From NCBI GenBank assembly GCA_951406725.2, contig OX597837.1, forward strand, positions 35,650,001-35,714,000: DNA of 64,000 bases, given 5' to 3'. The notes below the pieces were generated by a model, which had not been told where the DNA came from, made no database searches, and saw nothing but the letters and a program-made list of their open reading frames with translations. This stretch comes from Octopus vulgaris (lineage: Eukaryota). Made by a program: the position numbers and the translations under genes. Below are positions 1 through 13,340 of this stretch, piece by piece; the stretch's first letter is position 1, and every line of letters starts with the position of its first letter.

Positions 1-14
1 CAATTGTCTCTCTG

Positions 15-45
<31 letters not shown>

Positions 46-174
46 GTCTGTCTGTCTGTCCATATATCTGTCTGTCTATCTATCTGTCTATCTTTTTGTC
101 CATATATCTGTCTGTCTATCTATCTGTCTATCTTTTTGTCCTTATATCTGTCTGTCTATCTATCTATCTATCTA

Positions 175-214
<40 letters not shown>

Positions 215-222
215 CCTGTCTT

Positions 223-271
<49 letters not shown>

Positions 272-364
272 GTAGCTATTTGTCTATATATCTATCTATC
301 TATCTCTATCTATCTGTCTGTCTGTCTGTCTGTCTACCTGTCTTTCTATCTATCTATCTATCTT

Positions 365-405
<41 letters not shown>

Positions 406-762
406 GACATTTCTGTGATAACGATCCCTATTGATCAATTTTTTCCTCCCCCCTTTTTTTAAAACCCCCTTTTTTTGTCCTCTTTCTCTCCTTTTACGAT
501 CCCTTTTGATCGAAACTCCCCCTTCCTTTTTTTTTTTTTTTTTTTTCTTAAACCTTCAAAAGAAAAGCTCTACCTTGTAATTTGTTCTATCTGTGTGCAG
601 CCCTGTGTGGCTAATAAAGAAACATATCTATCTGTCTATCTTTTTGTCCTTATATCTGTCTGTCTATCTATCTGTCTATCTTTTTGTCCTTATATCTGTC
701 TGTCTATCTATCTATCTATCTATCTATCTGTCTGTCTGTCTGTCTGTCTATCTACCTGTCTT

Positions 763-811
<49 letters not shown>

Positions 812-880
812 GTAGCTATTTGTCTATATATCTATCTATCTATCTCTATCTATCTATCTGTCTGTCTGTCTACCTGTCTT

Positions 881-965
<85 letters not shown>

Positions 966-1190
966 ATATCTATCTATCTGTTTGTCTGTCTATAGCCATC
1001 CATTCATCTTTCTGTGTATGTATGTATGCATGCATGCATCTATCAATCTATCTATCTATCTACGTGGGCAGTTCTGACAGAAAGTTATCTGTCTTTATAT
1101 CTATTTGCGTGTCTGTCTACATCCATCCATCCGTCTATGTATGTATGTATGCATGCATCTGTCTGCATGTCCATCTATCTATCTGTCTGT
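1..1190. repeat. (TCTA/TCTG)n tetranucleotide microsatellite field with an internal duplication at 540-bp offset
   Basis: Direct reading; the non-repetitive interruption 'tgtagctatttgtctatata' occurs at 271 and 811. Confidence 0.95.
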
Positions 1191-1726
1191 CCACCCACTA
1201 ATCTATCCCCCCAGTCCCACCCAAACACTTCCACTCCTCCATCCATCCATCCATCCATCCTCTCTCTTTATCTATCCTTCCACCCAATTTATCTCTTCTA
1301 TCCATCCACCCACCCGGGTTGTCTATTTCTAAACCAACCTCCCAACTAACCTACCTACCTACTTATCAACAATCTCTCTCTCTCTCTCTCTCTCCCTCAA
1401 TCCATCTATATATCTACATCTCTCTCTTGGTGTCTCTCTCTCTCTTGGTGTCTCTCTCTCTTGGTATCTCTCTCTCTCTTGGTGTCTCTCTCTCTCTCTC
1501 TCTCTCTCTACAATAGTCTTCACTCAACTCGCCATACAGCTGTGTCTGTCTGTTTGTCTGAGGCAATTGCTAACTGATAGAATTACATTTATATTCTTCA
1601 GTACTAGGCCTGTTCTCTCTCTCTCTCCCTCTCTTATGTTGTCGTCTCATTCGATGGTATTCTAATCTCTGGACATCAGCCAACCTAGATTTCTCACCAA
1701 CAAAACCATTCCTTCATCAGACATTC

Positions 1727-1910
1727 TTTCTTTGTTTCTTTCTTTCTTTTTTCGTTTCTTTCTTTCCTTCTTTCTTTCTTCGTTTCTTTCTTTCCTTCTT
1801 TCTTTGTTTGTTTCTTTCTTTCTTTCCTTCTTTCTTTCTTCGTTTCTTTCTTTCTTTCGTCCTTTCTTTCTTTCCTTCTTTCTTTCTTTCCTTCCTTCTT
1901 TCTTTCTTTC
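1727..1910. repeat. (CTTT)n microsatellite
   Basis: Direct reading. Confidence 0.95.
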
Positions 1911-2406
1911 TCCCCCCACCCACTATGTAGTTGGATGTATTGTTCTAACACGCACACATACACGAAGCAGCAGATTTCTCTTGATATATATGCGCACACA
2001 CACACACACACACCCACACCCACATACCCACCCACCCCACTAGTCTTACTGAAAGTGAAAGTCTGTCTTGCGATTCTACCTTCACGTCCACAACATAAAC
2101 TTTCAGTTTTGATAAAATCATATCCTCTACATGTATTGAGCACTACTCACTGCTTGGTTTGACATAAATCAACACATGCACACACAAAAACACACACACA
2201 CACACATGCACACACAGGTGCATGCATGACTGTGAGGTAAGAAGTTTACTTCCCAACCACCTGGTTCTGGGTTCAGTCCCACTGTGTGGCACCTTGGCAA
2301 AGTTTCTTCTATAGCTTCAGGCCAACTAAACCTTTGTGAATGGATTTGGTTGATGGAAACTGAAAGAAGCCTGTCTGTTGTCTATCTATCTATCCATATA
2401 ACCATC

Positions 2407-2498
<92 letters not shown>

Positions 2499-2515
2499 CA
2501 TCTATCTACCTATCC

Positions 2516-2570
<55 letters not shown>

Positions 2571-2619
2571 CATCCATGTAACCATCCATCCGAACCATCT
2601 ATCTATGTGTCTATCTATG

Positions 2620-3240
2620 TGGATCAAAAAGCGGCCAAGAAGGGCAAATGGCACCGTGAGTGTCCCGTTGCTCTTGAGTAACTATGCTGTCCCGGGTCGA
2701 CCTTGAGCGACTTCAACACAACCAAAGCATTCTATAGGAGATTAGTGAAGGGGAGGTATGATGATCTAGGGCTGAACCTGGGTGTTGACAAGGAATACCC
2801 AACCCGCCTGTTCAAGACGACTTTCAGGCTGGGACCTATGGACAACTTCCAGAAATCCCTGGCCTAGCAGTGCTGTTGAGAAGTGCTACCCATTCGCGAT
2901 ATTCTCTACAGGCATGACTCGAGGAACACGGGGCCGACCTGCTTGAGATGCAGTCAGAGCGACAAAACCATTCTGTACGCACTCGTACAGTGTCCAACCA
3001 TTTCCAACCTGTGGGCCTATGTCGAACGACTGCTATCGCTTGTGGGACAAGTCGGTTTATCAACCGAATCTATTGTTAATATTGTCACACTTCCTTCCTT
3101 GAAACAGGATGGAAGGGCCATTTTCATCGTACTTGTGGCTATGGCGAAAGAATGTGTATGGTGGATGCATCTGAAAGGTCTAGAGACAAACACTTTCCTC
3201 TCTGGTCAATCTCTCATCAACTTCTTCAAGTTGCATAACT
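2620..3240 (+). mobile_element. Decayed L1/Tx1-clade LINE fragment (ORF2 C-terminal zinc-binding region)
   Basis: Translation ...PMDNFQKSLA*QCC*EVLPIRDILYRH...TCLRCSQSDKTILYALVQCP...LW matches the LP..D / CxxC...ET..H....C pattern of the zf-RVT domain of L1/Tx1 ORF2. In-frame stops are present and it abuts a (TCTA)n tract. Confidence 0.8.
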
Positions 3241-3474
3241 GGTACTTCAAATATATATATACACACACACACACACACCAATTTTTGTTGTTGTTTGTGT
3301 GTATTTCCCTGTATGTGTGTCAACATATTGACAATGCAACACAGTCTTTAAAAAGAGACTTTCATCATAATGACAGGTTGTTGTTGAGCTTTTCAATGTT
3401 ATTATCGTAGGCTTCAGCTGAAGGATCTATTTCATCTTGATTAGGTCGTTACCCGGCAGCATAATGACTAGTAA

Positions 3475-3800
3475 TGATGATGATGATGATCATCATCATC
3501 ATCGTTTAACGTCCGCTTTCCATGCTAGCATGGGTTGGACGGTTCAACTGGGGTCTGGGAAGCCCGAAGGCTGCACCAGGCCCAGTCTGATCTGGCAGTG
3601 TTTCTACAGCTGGATGCCCTTCCTAACGCCAACTACTCCGAGAGTGTAGTGGGTGATTTTATGTGCCACCGACACAGGTGCCAGACGAGGCTGGCAAATG
3701 GCCACGATCGGATGGTGCTTTTTACTTGCGGTACTGGCTACGGCCACGTTCGGATGGTTTTCGTATGTGCCACCGGCACTGGTACCACAAAACTACAAAT
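3475..3800 (-). mobile_element. RTE LINE 3' UTR fragment with (GAT)n tail
   Basis: Reverse complement of the UTR and tail that follow the RTE ORF at 4567-5228 (TTAGGAAGGGCATCCAGCTGTAGAAA...GGACGTTAAACGATGATGAT). Confidence 0.85.
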
Positions 3801-3867
3801 TCCATAAATGTTCATCGAGTTTGCTTTTGATTTTGTCCATTTGTCCATGATAATAATAATAATAATA

Positions 3868-4290
3868 ATCCTTTCTACTATAGACACAAGGCCTGTAATT
3901 TCGGTGCGTGGAGCTGGTCGATTACATTGACCCCAGTGCTCAAAAGGTACTTGTTTCAGTGAACCTGAAAGGATGAAGGGCTAAGATGACCTTGGCAGGA
4001 TTTGAACTTAGAATATAAAGATGGACGAATACCGCTAAGCATTTTTTTTTGGCATGCTAATGTTTCTTATTTCTTTATTGCCCACAGGGGAATAAACATA
4101 GAGGGGACAAACAAGGACAGACAAAGGGATTAAGTCGATTAGATCAACCCCAGTGCATAACTGGTACTTATTTGATCAACCCCGAAAGGATGACAGGCAA
4201 AGTCGACCTTGGCGGAATTTGAACTCAGAACCTAGTGGCAGACGAAATACTGTTAAGCATTTTGCCCGGCGTGCTAACGATTCCTACAGC
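3868..4290 (-). mobile_element. SINE family B, dimer
   Basis: Two head-to-tail units with B-box-like GAGTTCAAATTCC and core CCTTTCATCCTTTCGGGGTCGAT..AAGTACCAG. Confidence 0.85.
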
Positions 4291-4566
4291 TCAGTGACTT
4301 TGATAATAGCTTTTGATTTAGCACCAGACCAGAAAGTCTGAGGATACCAAGTTTAGAAGAATATTTGCTGTAGCTCATTTTTTTACACCAAAACAAAACA
4401 TGTACATATTAATATTTCTGATAAATTAAGATCAGAAGCCATGAGAGCCACTGCCTGGTACTGCATTAGGGCATTTATTATTATTATCATTATTATTATC
4501 ATTATTATTATTATTATTTTTATTATTATTATTATTATTTTTATTATTATTATTATTATTATTATT

Positions 4567-5227
4567 ACATGGTATGGTCATGTACTGCGGATGGATGAGG
4601 AGAGATGTGTGAAGAAGTGCCACTCCCGAACAGTTGAAGGAATCAGAGGGAGAGGTAGACCCAGGAAGACATGGGATGAGGTAGTCAAGCATGACCTCAG
4701 AGCGTTGGGCCTCACTGAGGCAATGGCGAGGACCGAGATCTCTGGAGATGTGCTGTGACTACTAAGACCTGGGATACTTCCGGCACCAGTTCCGCATACC
4801 CCCTGCCCATTCAAAGTACCTTGGATCCTGGAACATCTCGCTGTGCTTGAGGAGACCTGTTGAGTCAAGTGCATGTACATGAACATCGAACCAAATATCA
4901 ATGGAAACAGTAGTTGTGATACCTGTGCCGGTGACACATAAAAAGCACCATCCGAACATGGCCATTGCCAGTGCCGCCTCGACTGGCTTCTGTGCCGGTG
5001 GCACATAAAAAGCACCATCCGAACGTGGCCGATGCCAGACCCCTCTAGTACCTGTGCAGGTGGCACGTAAAAAGCACCCACTACACTCGCGGAGTGGTTG
5101 GTGTTAGGAAGGGCATCCAGCTGTAGAAACACTGCCAGATCAGACTGGAGCCTGGAGCAGCCCCTGGCTCCCCGGTCGAACCGTCCAACCCATGCCAGCG
5201 GAAAACGGACGTTAAACGATGATGATG

Positions 5228-5228
<1 letters not shown>
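4567..5228 (+). mobile_element. 5'-truncated RTE-clade LINE: ORF C-terminus, 3' UTR and (GAT)n tail
   Basis: WYGHVLRMDEERCVKKC...VEGIRGRGRPRKTWDEVVKHDL is the characteristic RTE ORF end (W.GHV.R...G.R.RGRP...W). The UTR has internal GTGCCGGTGGCAC..AAAAAGCACC repeats and the element sits in (ATT)n. Confidence 0.9.
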
Positions 5229-5264
<36 letters not shown>

Positions 5265-5265
<1 letters not shown>

Positions 5266-5475
5266 GGCCGTAATCTGGCAGAACCATTAGCATGCCGGTT
5301 AAAATGCTTAGCGGCATTTCGTCTGTCTTTATGTTCTGAGTTCAAATTCCAATGAGGTTAACTTTGCCTTTCCTCTTTTCGGGGTTGATGAAATAAGTAC
5401 CAGTTGAGTACTGGGGTTGATGTTATCAACTATTTCCCTCCCACAAAGTTTGAGGCCTTGTGCTTATAGTAGACT
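5265..5475 (+). mobile_element. SINE family B, monomer
   Basis: Head GG..TGGCAGAA..TTAGC, GAGTTCAAATTCC and the family core. Confidence 0.85.
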
Positions 5476-5494
5476 GGTTTATTATTATTATTAC

Positions 5495-5533
<39 letters not shown>

Positions 5534-5595
5534 GGCGCATGGCTCAGTGGTTAGAGCCTTTCATCTTTCCAGGGGTTGATAAACTTGGTACCAGT

Positions 5596-5930
5596 GAAGA
5601 CACATGGCTCAATGGTTAGAGCGTCGAGCTTACGATCGTGAGGTTGTGAGTTCGAATCCTGGACCGAGCTGCGTGTTGTGTTCTTGGGCAAGACACTTTA
5701 TTTCACGTTGCTCCAATTTACTCAGCTGTAGAAATGAGTTGTGACGTCACAGGTGCCAAGCTGTATCGGCCCCTTTGCCTTTCCCTTGGACAACATCAGT
5801 GGCATGGAGAGGGGAGGCTTGTATGCATGGGTGACTGCTGGCCTTCCATAAACATCCTTGCCCGGACTTGTGCCTGGGAGGGTAACTTTCTAGGTGCAAT
5901 CCCATGGTCAGTCATGACCGAAGGGGGTCT
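5596..5930 (+). mobile_element. tRNA-derived SINE family D
   Basis: A box TGGCTCAATGGTTAG, B box GTTCGAATCC, followed by TTGTGTTCTTGGGCAAGACACTT. Second copy at 12470-12809. Confidence 0.85.
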
Positions 5931-5940
5931 CAGCATTATT

Positions 5941-6372
5941 AAGGTGGTGAGCTGGCAGAATTGTTAGCACACCGGGTGAAATACTTAGCGGTATTTCATC
6001 CTTACATTTCGCACGCCGGGCGAAATGCTTAATGGTATTTCGCTTGTCGTTACGTTGTGAGTTCAAATTCCGCCGAGGTTGACTTTGCCTTTCATCCTTT
6101 CGGGGTCGATAAATTAAGTACCAGTTACGCACTGGGGTCGATATAATCGACTTAATCCCTATGTTTGTCCACTCTGTGTTTAGCCCTTTGTGGGTAGTAA
6201 AGAAATTGGTATTTCATCCTTACATTCTGAGTTCAAATTCCGCTGAGGTTGGCTTTGCCTTTCATCTTTTCACTGGTTAATAAACTAAGTACCAGTCGAG
6301 TACTGGGGGTCAGTGTAATAATTGACTAGTCCCCCTCCCCTCAAAATTTCAAGCCTTGTGCCTATAGTAGAA
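5941..6372 (+). mobile_element. SINE B with a second SINE B (6009-6207) nested in its head
   Basis: 19-bp duplication GGTATTTCATCCTTACATT at 5990-6008 and 6208-6226. Confidence 0.85.
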
Positions 6373-6793
6373 AGCAGAATTACTATTGTTATTATTTTCC
6401 TAAGACTCTGATCAGGTGATTTGAGGGAGATTTAGCTGCTATGTGTACTTTAAGGCAATTATTATCCTGAGAGGGTGACGTTAGCTATCGTTTTTCCTAC
6501 CTGTTGCCCACTGATTGCTCTGCCAGGTAAGCTAAATCGCTACAGTGGCACCTACCCCTCCACCCCTATTCTACCTGAGTTTGCTGCTAAACTGTTTTGT
6601 TTCATAGTTTTTGTTCGTATTCTTTTTTGTTTTTCTTTCATGGTTTTGTTCTGTTTTTATGTGTTTTTTTTGTTTTGGTTTATTTGTTGTGTTTTTTTTT
6701 TGTTTTTTGGTTATTTTTCATTATTTGCAATATATAATTTTTTCTTCTTTCCTCTGCATGTGATGCGAACGTGTCTGTCTGTTTATATGTGAC

Positions 6794-6829
<36 letters not shown>

Positions 6830-7417
6830 ATGTGTGTGTGATGAGGAGTGGAGGTGATGAGAAAATGACAGTATGTGTGTGTGTGTCATGAAAGAATGTG
6901 TGTGATGAGAGCATGTGTGTGTGTGTGTGTGTGTGCATGTGATGAGGAATGAGTTATGTAAGTGATGAGCAAATGGTGTGTGTGTGGCATGTATACATGT
7001 GTTTGCATGAGAGGTAAGAAAGAGATATGTGTGTGTGTGTGTGTGTATATATGTATGTGAAATGTGTTGAGAGAATGAAGTGTGTGTGTGTGTGTATGTG
7101 ATGAATGAGTTGTGTGTGAATGAATGTATCTCTCTCTCTCTCTCTTTCATTTTCTACACACATGCACATATACACACATGCACAGATACACACTTGCTCA
7201 TATACACACATGCACATATACACACTTGCTCATATACACACTTTCTCATATTTCTGTGTTTATGATACAAATCTGTCTCTTTAATGAATGTGTGCATGTG
7301 GTTGAGTATCTCTTCATTATATTTCCTTTGTACCGTCTCTCTCTATATATGCACTCATCTGTACGTGTGTCCTTGTGTTTGGGTGCCTATATATATATAT
7401 ATATGTGTGTGTGTGTG

Positions 7418-7478
<61 letters not shown>

Positions 7479-7689
7479 GTGTATGTGTGTATATATATGT
7501 ATGTATTCAAAATATGAAACATAGAATGAACAAAAATAAGTAGAAAAAAGTAATAAAAGGAAACAAGTCCACCACCCCCGTTCCTTCCCTCCCTTCTCTC
7601 CACTGTTCCTCCATCACCCAAGCCCTGCTCTCATCTGATCTGACACGACCTGACCTGGCATACCCTGAACCTACCCACTCTACAAACCC

Positions 7690-8190
7690 AGCTACCCCGG
7701 GTATCACCCCAGCCAGCCGAAATATACAGCTGTAGAAAGTACAATTGTTTCTAGCGGTTGCTGGCTGGAACTTTCTGCTTCGTTCCTGTTGTTCTGCTGC
7801 TGTTAGTGTTGTTGTTGTTGTTGTCGTTGTTATTGTTATTGTTGTTGTAGGAGCCAAGTTACAAATTACACCACCACCGCCACCACCAGCAGCAGCAGCA
7901 ACAACAACAACAACAAACAATAGCAAATCTAAAAAAAAAAAACCAAAAACACGACAGACTGAAAGAAGAAGAAAAAGAAAAAAGATAAAATAACAAAAAC
8001 GACAGAAAGACAGAAAAAAAACACTTAAGTTTGTCTGTCTGTGCGGAGGAACAGGCTGAAGTTGTTAGTGCTACAGGATGATGGCGTGCAATCAGCTGGG
8101 TTTGATCCTGTTACCTTGTGATTACAGCTAGCAGCTTTGCTCTGCTGATAATGGCGAAGAATGAGAAGTTGTTGCTTCTTTAGTCACCAA
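7690..8190 (+). other. Candidate first exon: 5' UTR plus 10 codons (MRSCCFFSHQ, 8161-8190), ending at a phase-0 donor
   Basis: Non-transposon island with UTR-like (GTT)/(CCA)/(GCA)/(ACA) runs, ATG at 8161 and donor CAA|GTGAGT at 8191. The start coordinate is a guess and there is no transcript evidence. Confidence 0.45.
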
Positions 8191-8220
8191 GTGAGTGTCG
8201 ATTGTAACCTCTTTGCATTT

Positions 8221-8270
8221 GGCCTTTCTATACATCCATGTGTGCGTTTGTGTGTGTATGTATGTATAAT

Positions 8271-8336
<66 letters not shown>

Positions 8337-8444
8337 GGCCTTTATGGTTATGTATACATCCATGTTTGTGTTTGTTTGTGTAGGCACCTGTGTGTGTGTG
8401 TGTGTGTACATATGTATGTATATATATAAATATATATGTGTGTG

Positions 8445-8479
<35 letters not shown>

Positions 8480-8496
8480 GTGTATGTATATATATA

Positions 8497-8537
<41 letters not shown>

Positions 8538-9014
8538 GCCTTTATGGTTATATATACATCCATGTGTGTGTTTGTGTGTATGTGTGTGTGTACATATGTA
8601 TATATATATATATGTGTGTGTGTGTGTATATATATAGGCCTTTATGGTTATGTATACATCCATGTTTGTTTGTGTGTGTGTGTACATATGTATATATATA
8701 TATATGTGTGTGTGTGTGTATATATATAGGCCTTTATGGTTATGTATACATCCATGTTTGTTTGTTTGTGTGTGTACATATGTATATATATATATGTGTG
8801 TGTGTATATATATAGGCCTTTATGGTTATGTATACATCCATGTGTGTTTGTGTGTGTGTGTACGTGTGTGTGTACATATGTATATATATATGTGTGTGTG
8901 TGTGTGTATATAGGCCTTTATGGTTATGTATACATCCATGTGTGTGTTTGTGTGTGTACATATGTGTGTGTTTGTGTGTGTACATATGTGTGTGTGTGTG
9001 TGTGTATATATATA

Positions 9015-9046
<32 letters not shown>

Positions 9047-9304
9047 GGCCTTTATGGTTATATATACATCCATGTGTGTGTTTGTGTGTATGTGTGTACG
9101 TACATATGTATATATATATGTGTGTGTGTGTGTATATATATATATATAGGCCTTTATGGTTATGTATACATCCATGTGTGTGTTTGTGTGTGTGTGTACG
9201 TACATATGTATATATATATATATGTGTGTGTGTGTATATATATATATAGGCCTTTATGGTTATGTATACATCCATGTGTGTGTTTGTGTGTGTGTGTACA
9301 TATG

Positions 9305-9339
<35 letters not shown>

Positions 9340-9460
9340 ATATATATAAGCCTTTATGGTTATGTATACATCCATGTGTGTGTTTGTATGTGTGTGTACA
9401 TATATATATATATAGGTGTGTGTGTATATATATATATAGGCCTTTATGGTTATGTATAGG
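8221..9460. repeat. Minisatellite: ~11 copies of GGCCTTTATGGTTATGTATACATCCATGT separated by variable (TG)n/(TA)n
   Basis: Core seen at about 8337, 8537, 8637, 8729, 8815, 8913, 9047, 9149, 9249, 9349 and 9439, with a seed-like variant at 8221. Confidence 0.95.
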
Positions 9461-9468
9461 TATATCTG

Positions 9469-9556
<88 letters not shown>

Positions 9557-9726
9557 CATACATTCATTCATACATACATGCATACAAACATGTACAATAA
9601 ATACACAGCTATTTTGATAACTGCAGTATACATAGGTGTTATGTATATGTGTATGTATATTGTGTATATCTATGTAATTATATCTCTCTGCCTACATGTC
9701 TATCTGTTTGTCTGTCTATCTATCTT

Positions 9727-9849
<123 letters not shown>

Positions 9850-10288
9850 GTCTATCTATATGTGTTTCCTATTTTATATTTGTGTGTATATTCTGTATCA
9901 CTGTATGTATATTCCTATATATACACACACACATATATGTGTGTGATGGCATTTATATTTATATTTCTTTTAGTTTTGTCAGTGGTATGTATGTTTGTAT
10001 GTATGCATGTGTGCATATCGCTTTCTATCCGTATATCCTGTGTGCATTTTGTGATGTTGTGTGTATGTGTGCATGCATGTGTGTGCATGCATGTATATGT
10101 TTATGATGTGATATGTTCTGCATGCATATCTAGGAAGTGATGTGTGTGTATGTGCGCTTGTATGCATGTGTTTGAGTGACCTTGACATATGTATATGTAT
10201 GTGTTGGCCATGACCTCTGTGTTTTTGTTGTTAGCTGTTAACGGTTTGCCAACATGTCTGTCTGTTTGACTGACTGACTGTCTGTCCC

Positions 10289-10861
10289 TACTCTTTTACT
10301 CTTTTACTTGTTTCAGTCATTTTGACTGCGGCCATGCTGGAGTACCGCCTTTAGTCGAGCAAATCGACTCCAGGACTTATTCTTTGTAAGCCTAGTACTT
10401 ATTCTATCGGCCTCTTTTGCCGAACCGCTAAGTTACGGGGACGTAAACACACCAGCATCGGTTGTCAAGCGATGTTGTGGAGACAAACACAGAAACGCAA
10501 ACATATACACACACATACATATATCTATATATAGCTGTAAGCACCTGTATATGCCAGCTAGTGGTGTAGGTGATAGGGTATATTTATCAAAAGAAAAACA
10601 GGATGCAAAGGATTTTGTGGTACAAAACATATGTACCGCAAAATCCTTTGCATCCTGTTTTTCTTTTGATAAATACATCTATATATATACATATATACGA
10701 TGGGCTTCTTTCAGTTTCTGTCTACCAAATCCACTCACAAGGCTTTGGTCGGCCCGAGGCTATAGTAGAAGACACTTGTCCAAAGTGCCACGCAGTGAGA
10801 CTGAACCCGGAACCATGTGGTTTGTAAGCAAGTTATTTACCACACAGCCACTCCTACGCCT
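10289..10861 (-). mobile_element. tRNA-derived SINE family A (CORE-like) with a fold-back insert in its internal microsatellite
   Basis: Head GGCG.AGGAGTGGCTGTGTGGTAA...GGTTCAGTC, MIR/CORE-like CCTTGGGCAAGT family motif, (AAAAGAGT)n tail. Confidence 0.9.
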
Positions 10862-11400
10862 ATGTCTGTTCGTTTGTTGTTACTCTTGGTGATACCTTTG
10901 GCCTTGAGAATTTGTAAAAAGTACAGACATCAGTGTAAATGTAATATATATACTGTAATATATTATATATATACAAACATCCATCTAAATATTATAAATA
11001 TATTAATCAGAAATTTTCTTGGATAACATGTATGTGTGTGTTTGTGTATGTATGTGTGTATATGTTTGTGCTTGCATATGTATATATGAATGAATGTGTG
11101 TGTGAGTATATGTATATATCTGTATGACTGTGTGTATGTTTGTGTATATGTGTATGAGATTTGTTTTGGTGCTAGGAAGGGCATCCAGCTGTAAAAACCT
11201 TGCCAAAACAGAGACAGTGGCCTGGTGCAGGACTCCTGTGTGGTCAGCTCCTGTCAAACCATCCAACCCATGCCAGCATGGAAAGAGGACGTTAAACGAT
11301 GGTGATGATGATGGTATGTGTGTCTGTGTATATCATCATCATCATTATCCTTCAACATCCGTTTTCCATGCTAGCATGGGTTGGACAGTGTATGTATGTA

Positions 11401-11612
11401 TACTCTTTTACTCTTTTACTTGTTTCAGTCATTTGACTGCGGCCATGCTGGAGCACCACCTTTAGTCGAGCAAATCGACCCCGGGACTTATTCTTTGTAA
11501 GCCCAGTACTTATTCTTTCGGTCTCTTTTGCCAAACCGCTAAGTGACGGGGGCCGTAAACACACCAGCATCGGTTGTCAAGCAATGCTAGGGGGATAGAC
11601 TCAAAAACACAT

Positions 11613-11653
<41 letters not shown>

Positions 11654-11820
11654 TACGACAGGCTTCTTTCAGTTTCCGTCTACCAAATCCACTCACAAGG
11701 CATTGGTCGGCCCGGGGCTATAGCAGAAGACACTTGCCCAAGATTCCACACAGTGGGACTGAACCCGGAACCATGTGGTTGGTTAGCAAGCTACTTACCA
11801 CACAGCCACTCCTGCGCCTA
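11401..11820 (-). mobile_element. SINE family A, full length
   Basis: Same head, body and tail as the other copies. Confidence 0.9.
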
Positions 11821-11955
11821 TGTGTATCATATGTACATATATACATTTGTGTATTAGAATATGTGTGGTGGTGGTCGTGGTGTGTGTACAGGTGTGTATT
11901 CTTGTATTGTATGGGTATCGGTCATTCAACTACTGCTCTACTGGAACCCTGGCTT

Positions 11956-12330
11956 CAATCCTTTAGCATTTAAACTGGCCATATCCGGCCAAAATATACC
12001 ACCTGTTCTATGTTCAAACTGGCCATATCCAGCCTCTCACACCAACCCTACAATGTCATTCTAAAAATTAACAGCTACTTCATCAAAATCTCAAAGCTAT
12101 GAGATAATGCAGGATTAATTCAAAACCAGCCATGTTTGGCCCAAACATTGTACCTGCTTTGTGTTCAGACTGGCCGGATCTGGCCTCTCACACTAACCCT
12201 ACAATATCATTCTAAAAATTAAGTTACCTTATCAAATCTCAAAGCTACAAGATAATGCAGGATTAATTCAAAACAATGTGGATAAATAAGGATTACATTT
12301 GACAGAATAATTTGAATGCTAAAGGGTTTA
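11956..12330. mobile_element. piggyBac-like MITE, family 1
   Basis: Ends CCTTTAGCATT ... AATGCTAAAGGGTTA. Related fragments at ~28776 and ~37531 begin TTAACCCTT. Confidence 0.6.
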
Positions 12331-12344
12331 GCGAAAATCTTTAA

Positions 12345-13224
12345 TTAACCCTTTTGATACCAACCCGGCTGAAACTGGCTCTGGCTCTGTAGTACAAATG
12401 TCTTGTTTTCATAAGTTTTGAATTAAAATCTTCCAACAAATCTTAGTCATAATTTATGTTCCTAACACTGAGGAGACCCTCTTTGGTCATGACTGACCAT
12501 GGGATTGTACCTAGAAAGTTACCCTCCAAGGCACAAGTCCGGGCAAGGTTGTTTGTGGAAGGCCAGTAGTCACCCATGCATACCAGCATCCCCTCTCCAC
12601 GCCACTGATGTTGTCCAAGGGAGAGGCAAAGGGGCCGATACAGCTTGGCACCAGTGACGTCGCAACTCATTTCTGCAGCTGAGTTAACTGGAGTAACATG
12701 AAATAAAGTGTCTTGCTCAAGAACCCAACACACAGCCTGGTCCAGGAATCAAACTCACAACCTCACAATTGTAAGCTCATCCCCCTAACCACTAAGCCAT
12801 GCGCCTTCACTAACACTAGCTGAATGATAAAAAAACGATAACCGTCACCCTTTTCAAGCCTAACCAGGCTCATGGGCCTGGTTTCTCGGTTTCTGTGTTC
12901 CCCCCCAGCTGGACGGGACGGCAGTCAATCTTAGCGTTACTCAAGAAACAGGAAGAAAGAGTGAGAGAAAGTTGTGGCAAAAGAGTACAACAGAGGTCAC
13001 CACCACCCCCTACCTGAGCTTTGTGGACCTTTTAGGTGTTTTCGCTCAATAAACACACACAACGCCCGGTCTGGGAATCGAAACCGTGATCCTCTGACCG
13101 TGAGTCCGCTACCCTAACCACTGGGCCATTGCACCTCCACAGCTGAAGTTATTTTACTAAATTCTTTGTTATATTGAAAGAAACACAGAGCATCTCAAAA
13201 GAAATATAGTGACGAAAGGGTTAA
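12345..13224. mobile_element. piggyBac-like MITE, family 2, interrupted by SINE D (12470-12809, minus) and a SINE D2-type copy (~12830-13140, minus)
   Basis: TTAACCCTTT...AAAGGGTTAA ends. CTAACACT is duplicated at 12462 and 12810 around SINE D. An uninterrupted copy lies at 13341-13570. Confidence 0.75.
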
Positions 13225-13340
13225 TTTTTTTCGCTCTGTGGAATTTCCACAGGTCCCATTAGTATTGATGTTGAAGATATGAAAGGTGAAGATGACCTCA
13301 ACAGCAATAAAATCATTCTTCCTTTCTTAAATAGCTTCTC

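Noticed and set aside
2883-3410. Host zinc-finger protein gene
   Set aside because: Matches a LINE ORF2 C-terminal CCHC region with upstream in-frame stops and a mutated His.
5596-5670. tRNA gene
   Set aside because: A and B boxes are present, but there is no convincing cloverleaf and the sequence continues into a multi-copy SINE body.
8337-9460. CRISPR-like repeat-spacer array
   Set aside because: Spacers are related (TG)n/(TA)n microsatellites of uneven length, there are no cas genes, and the context is animal DNA.
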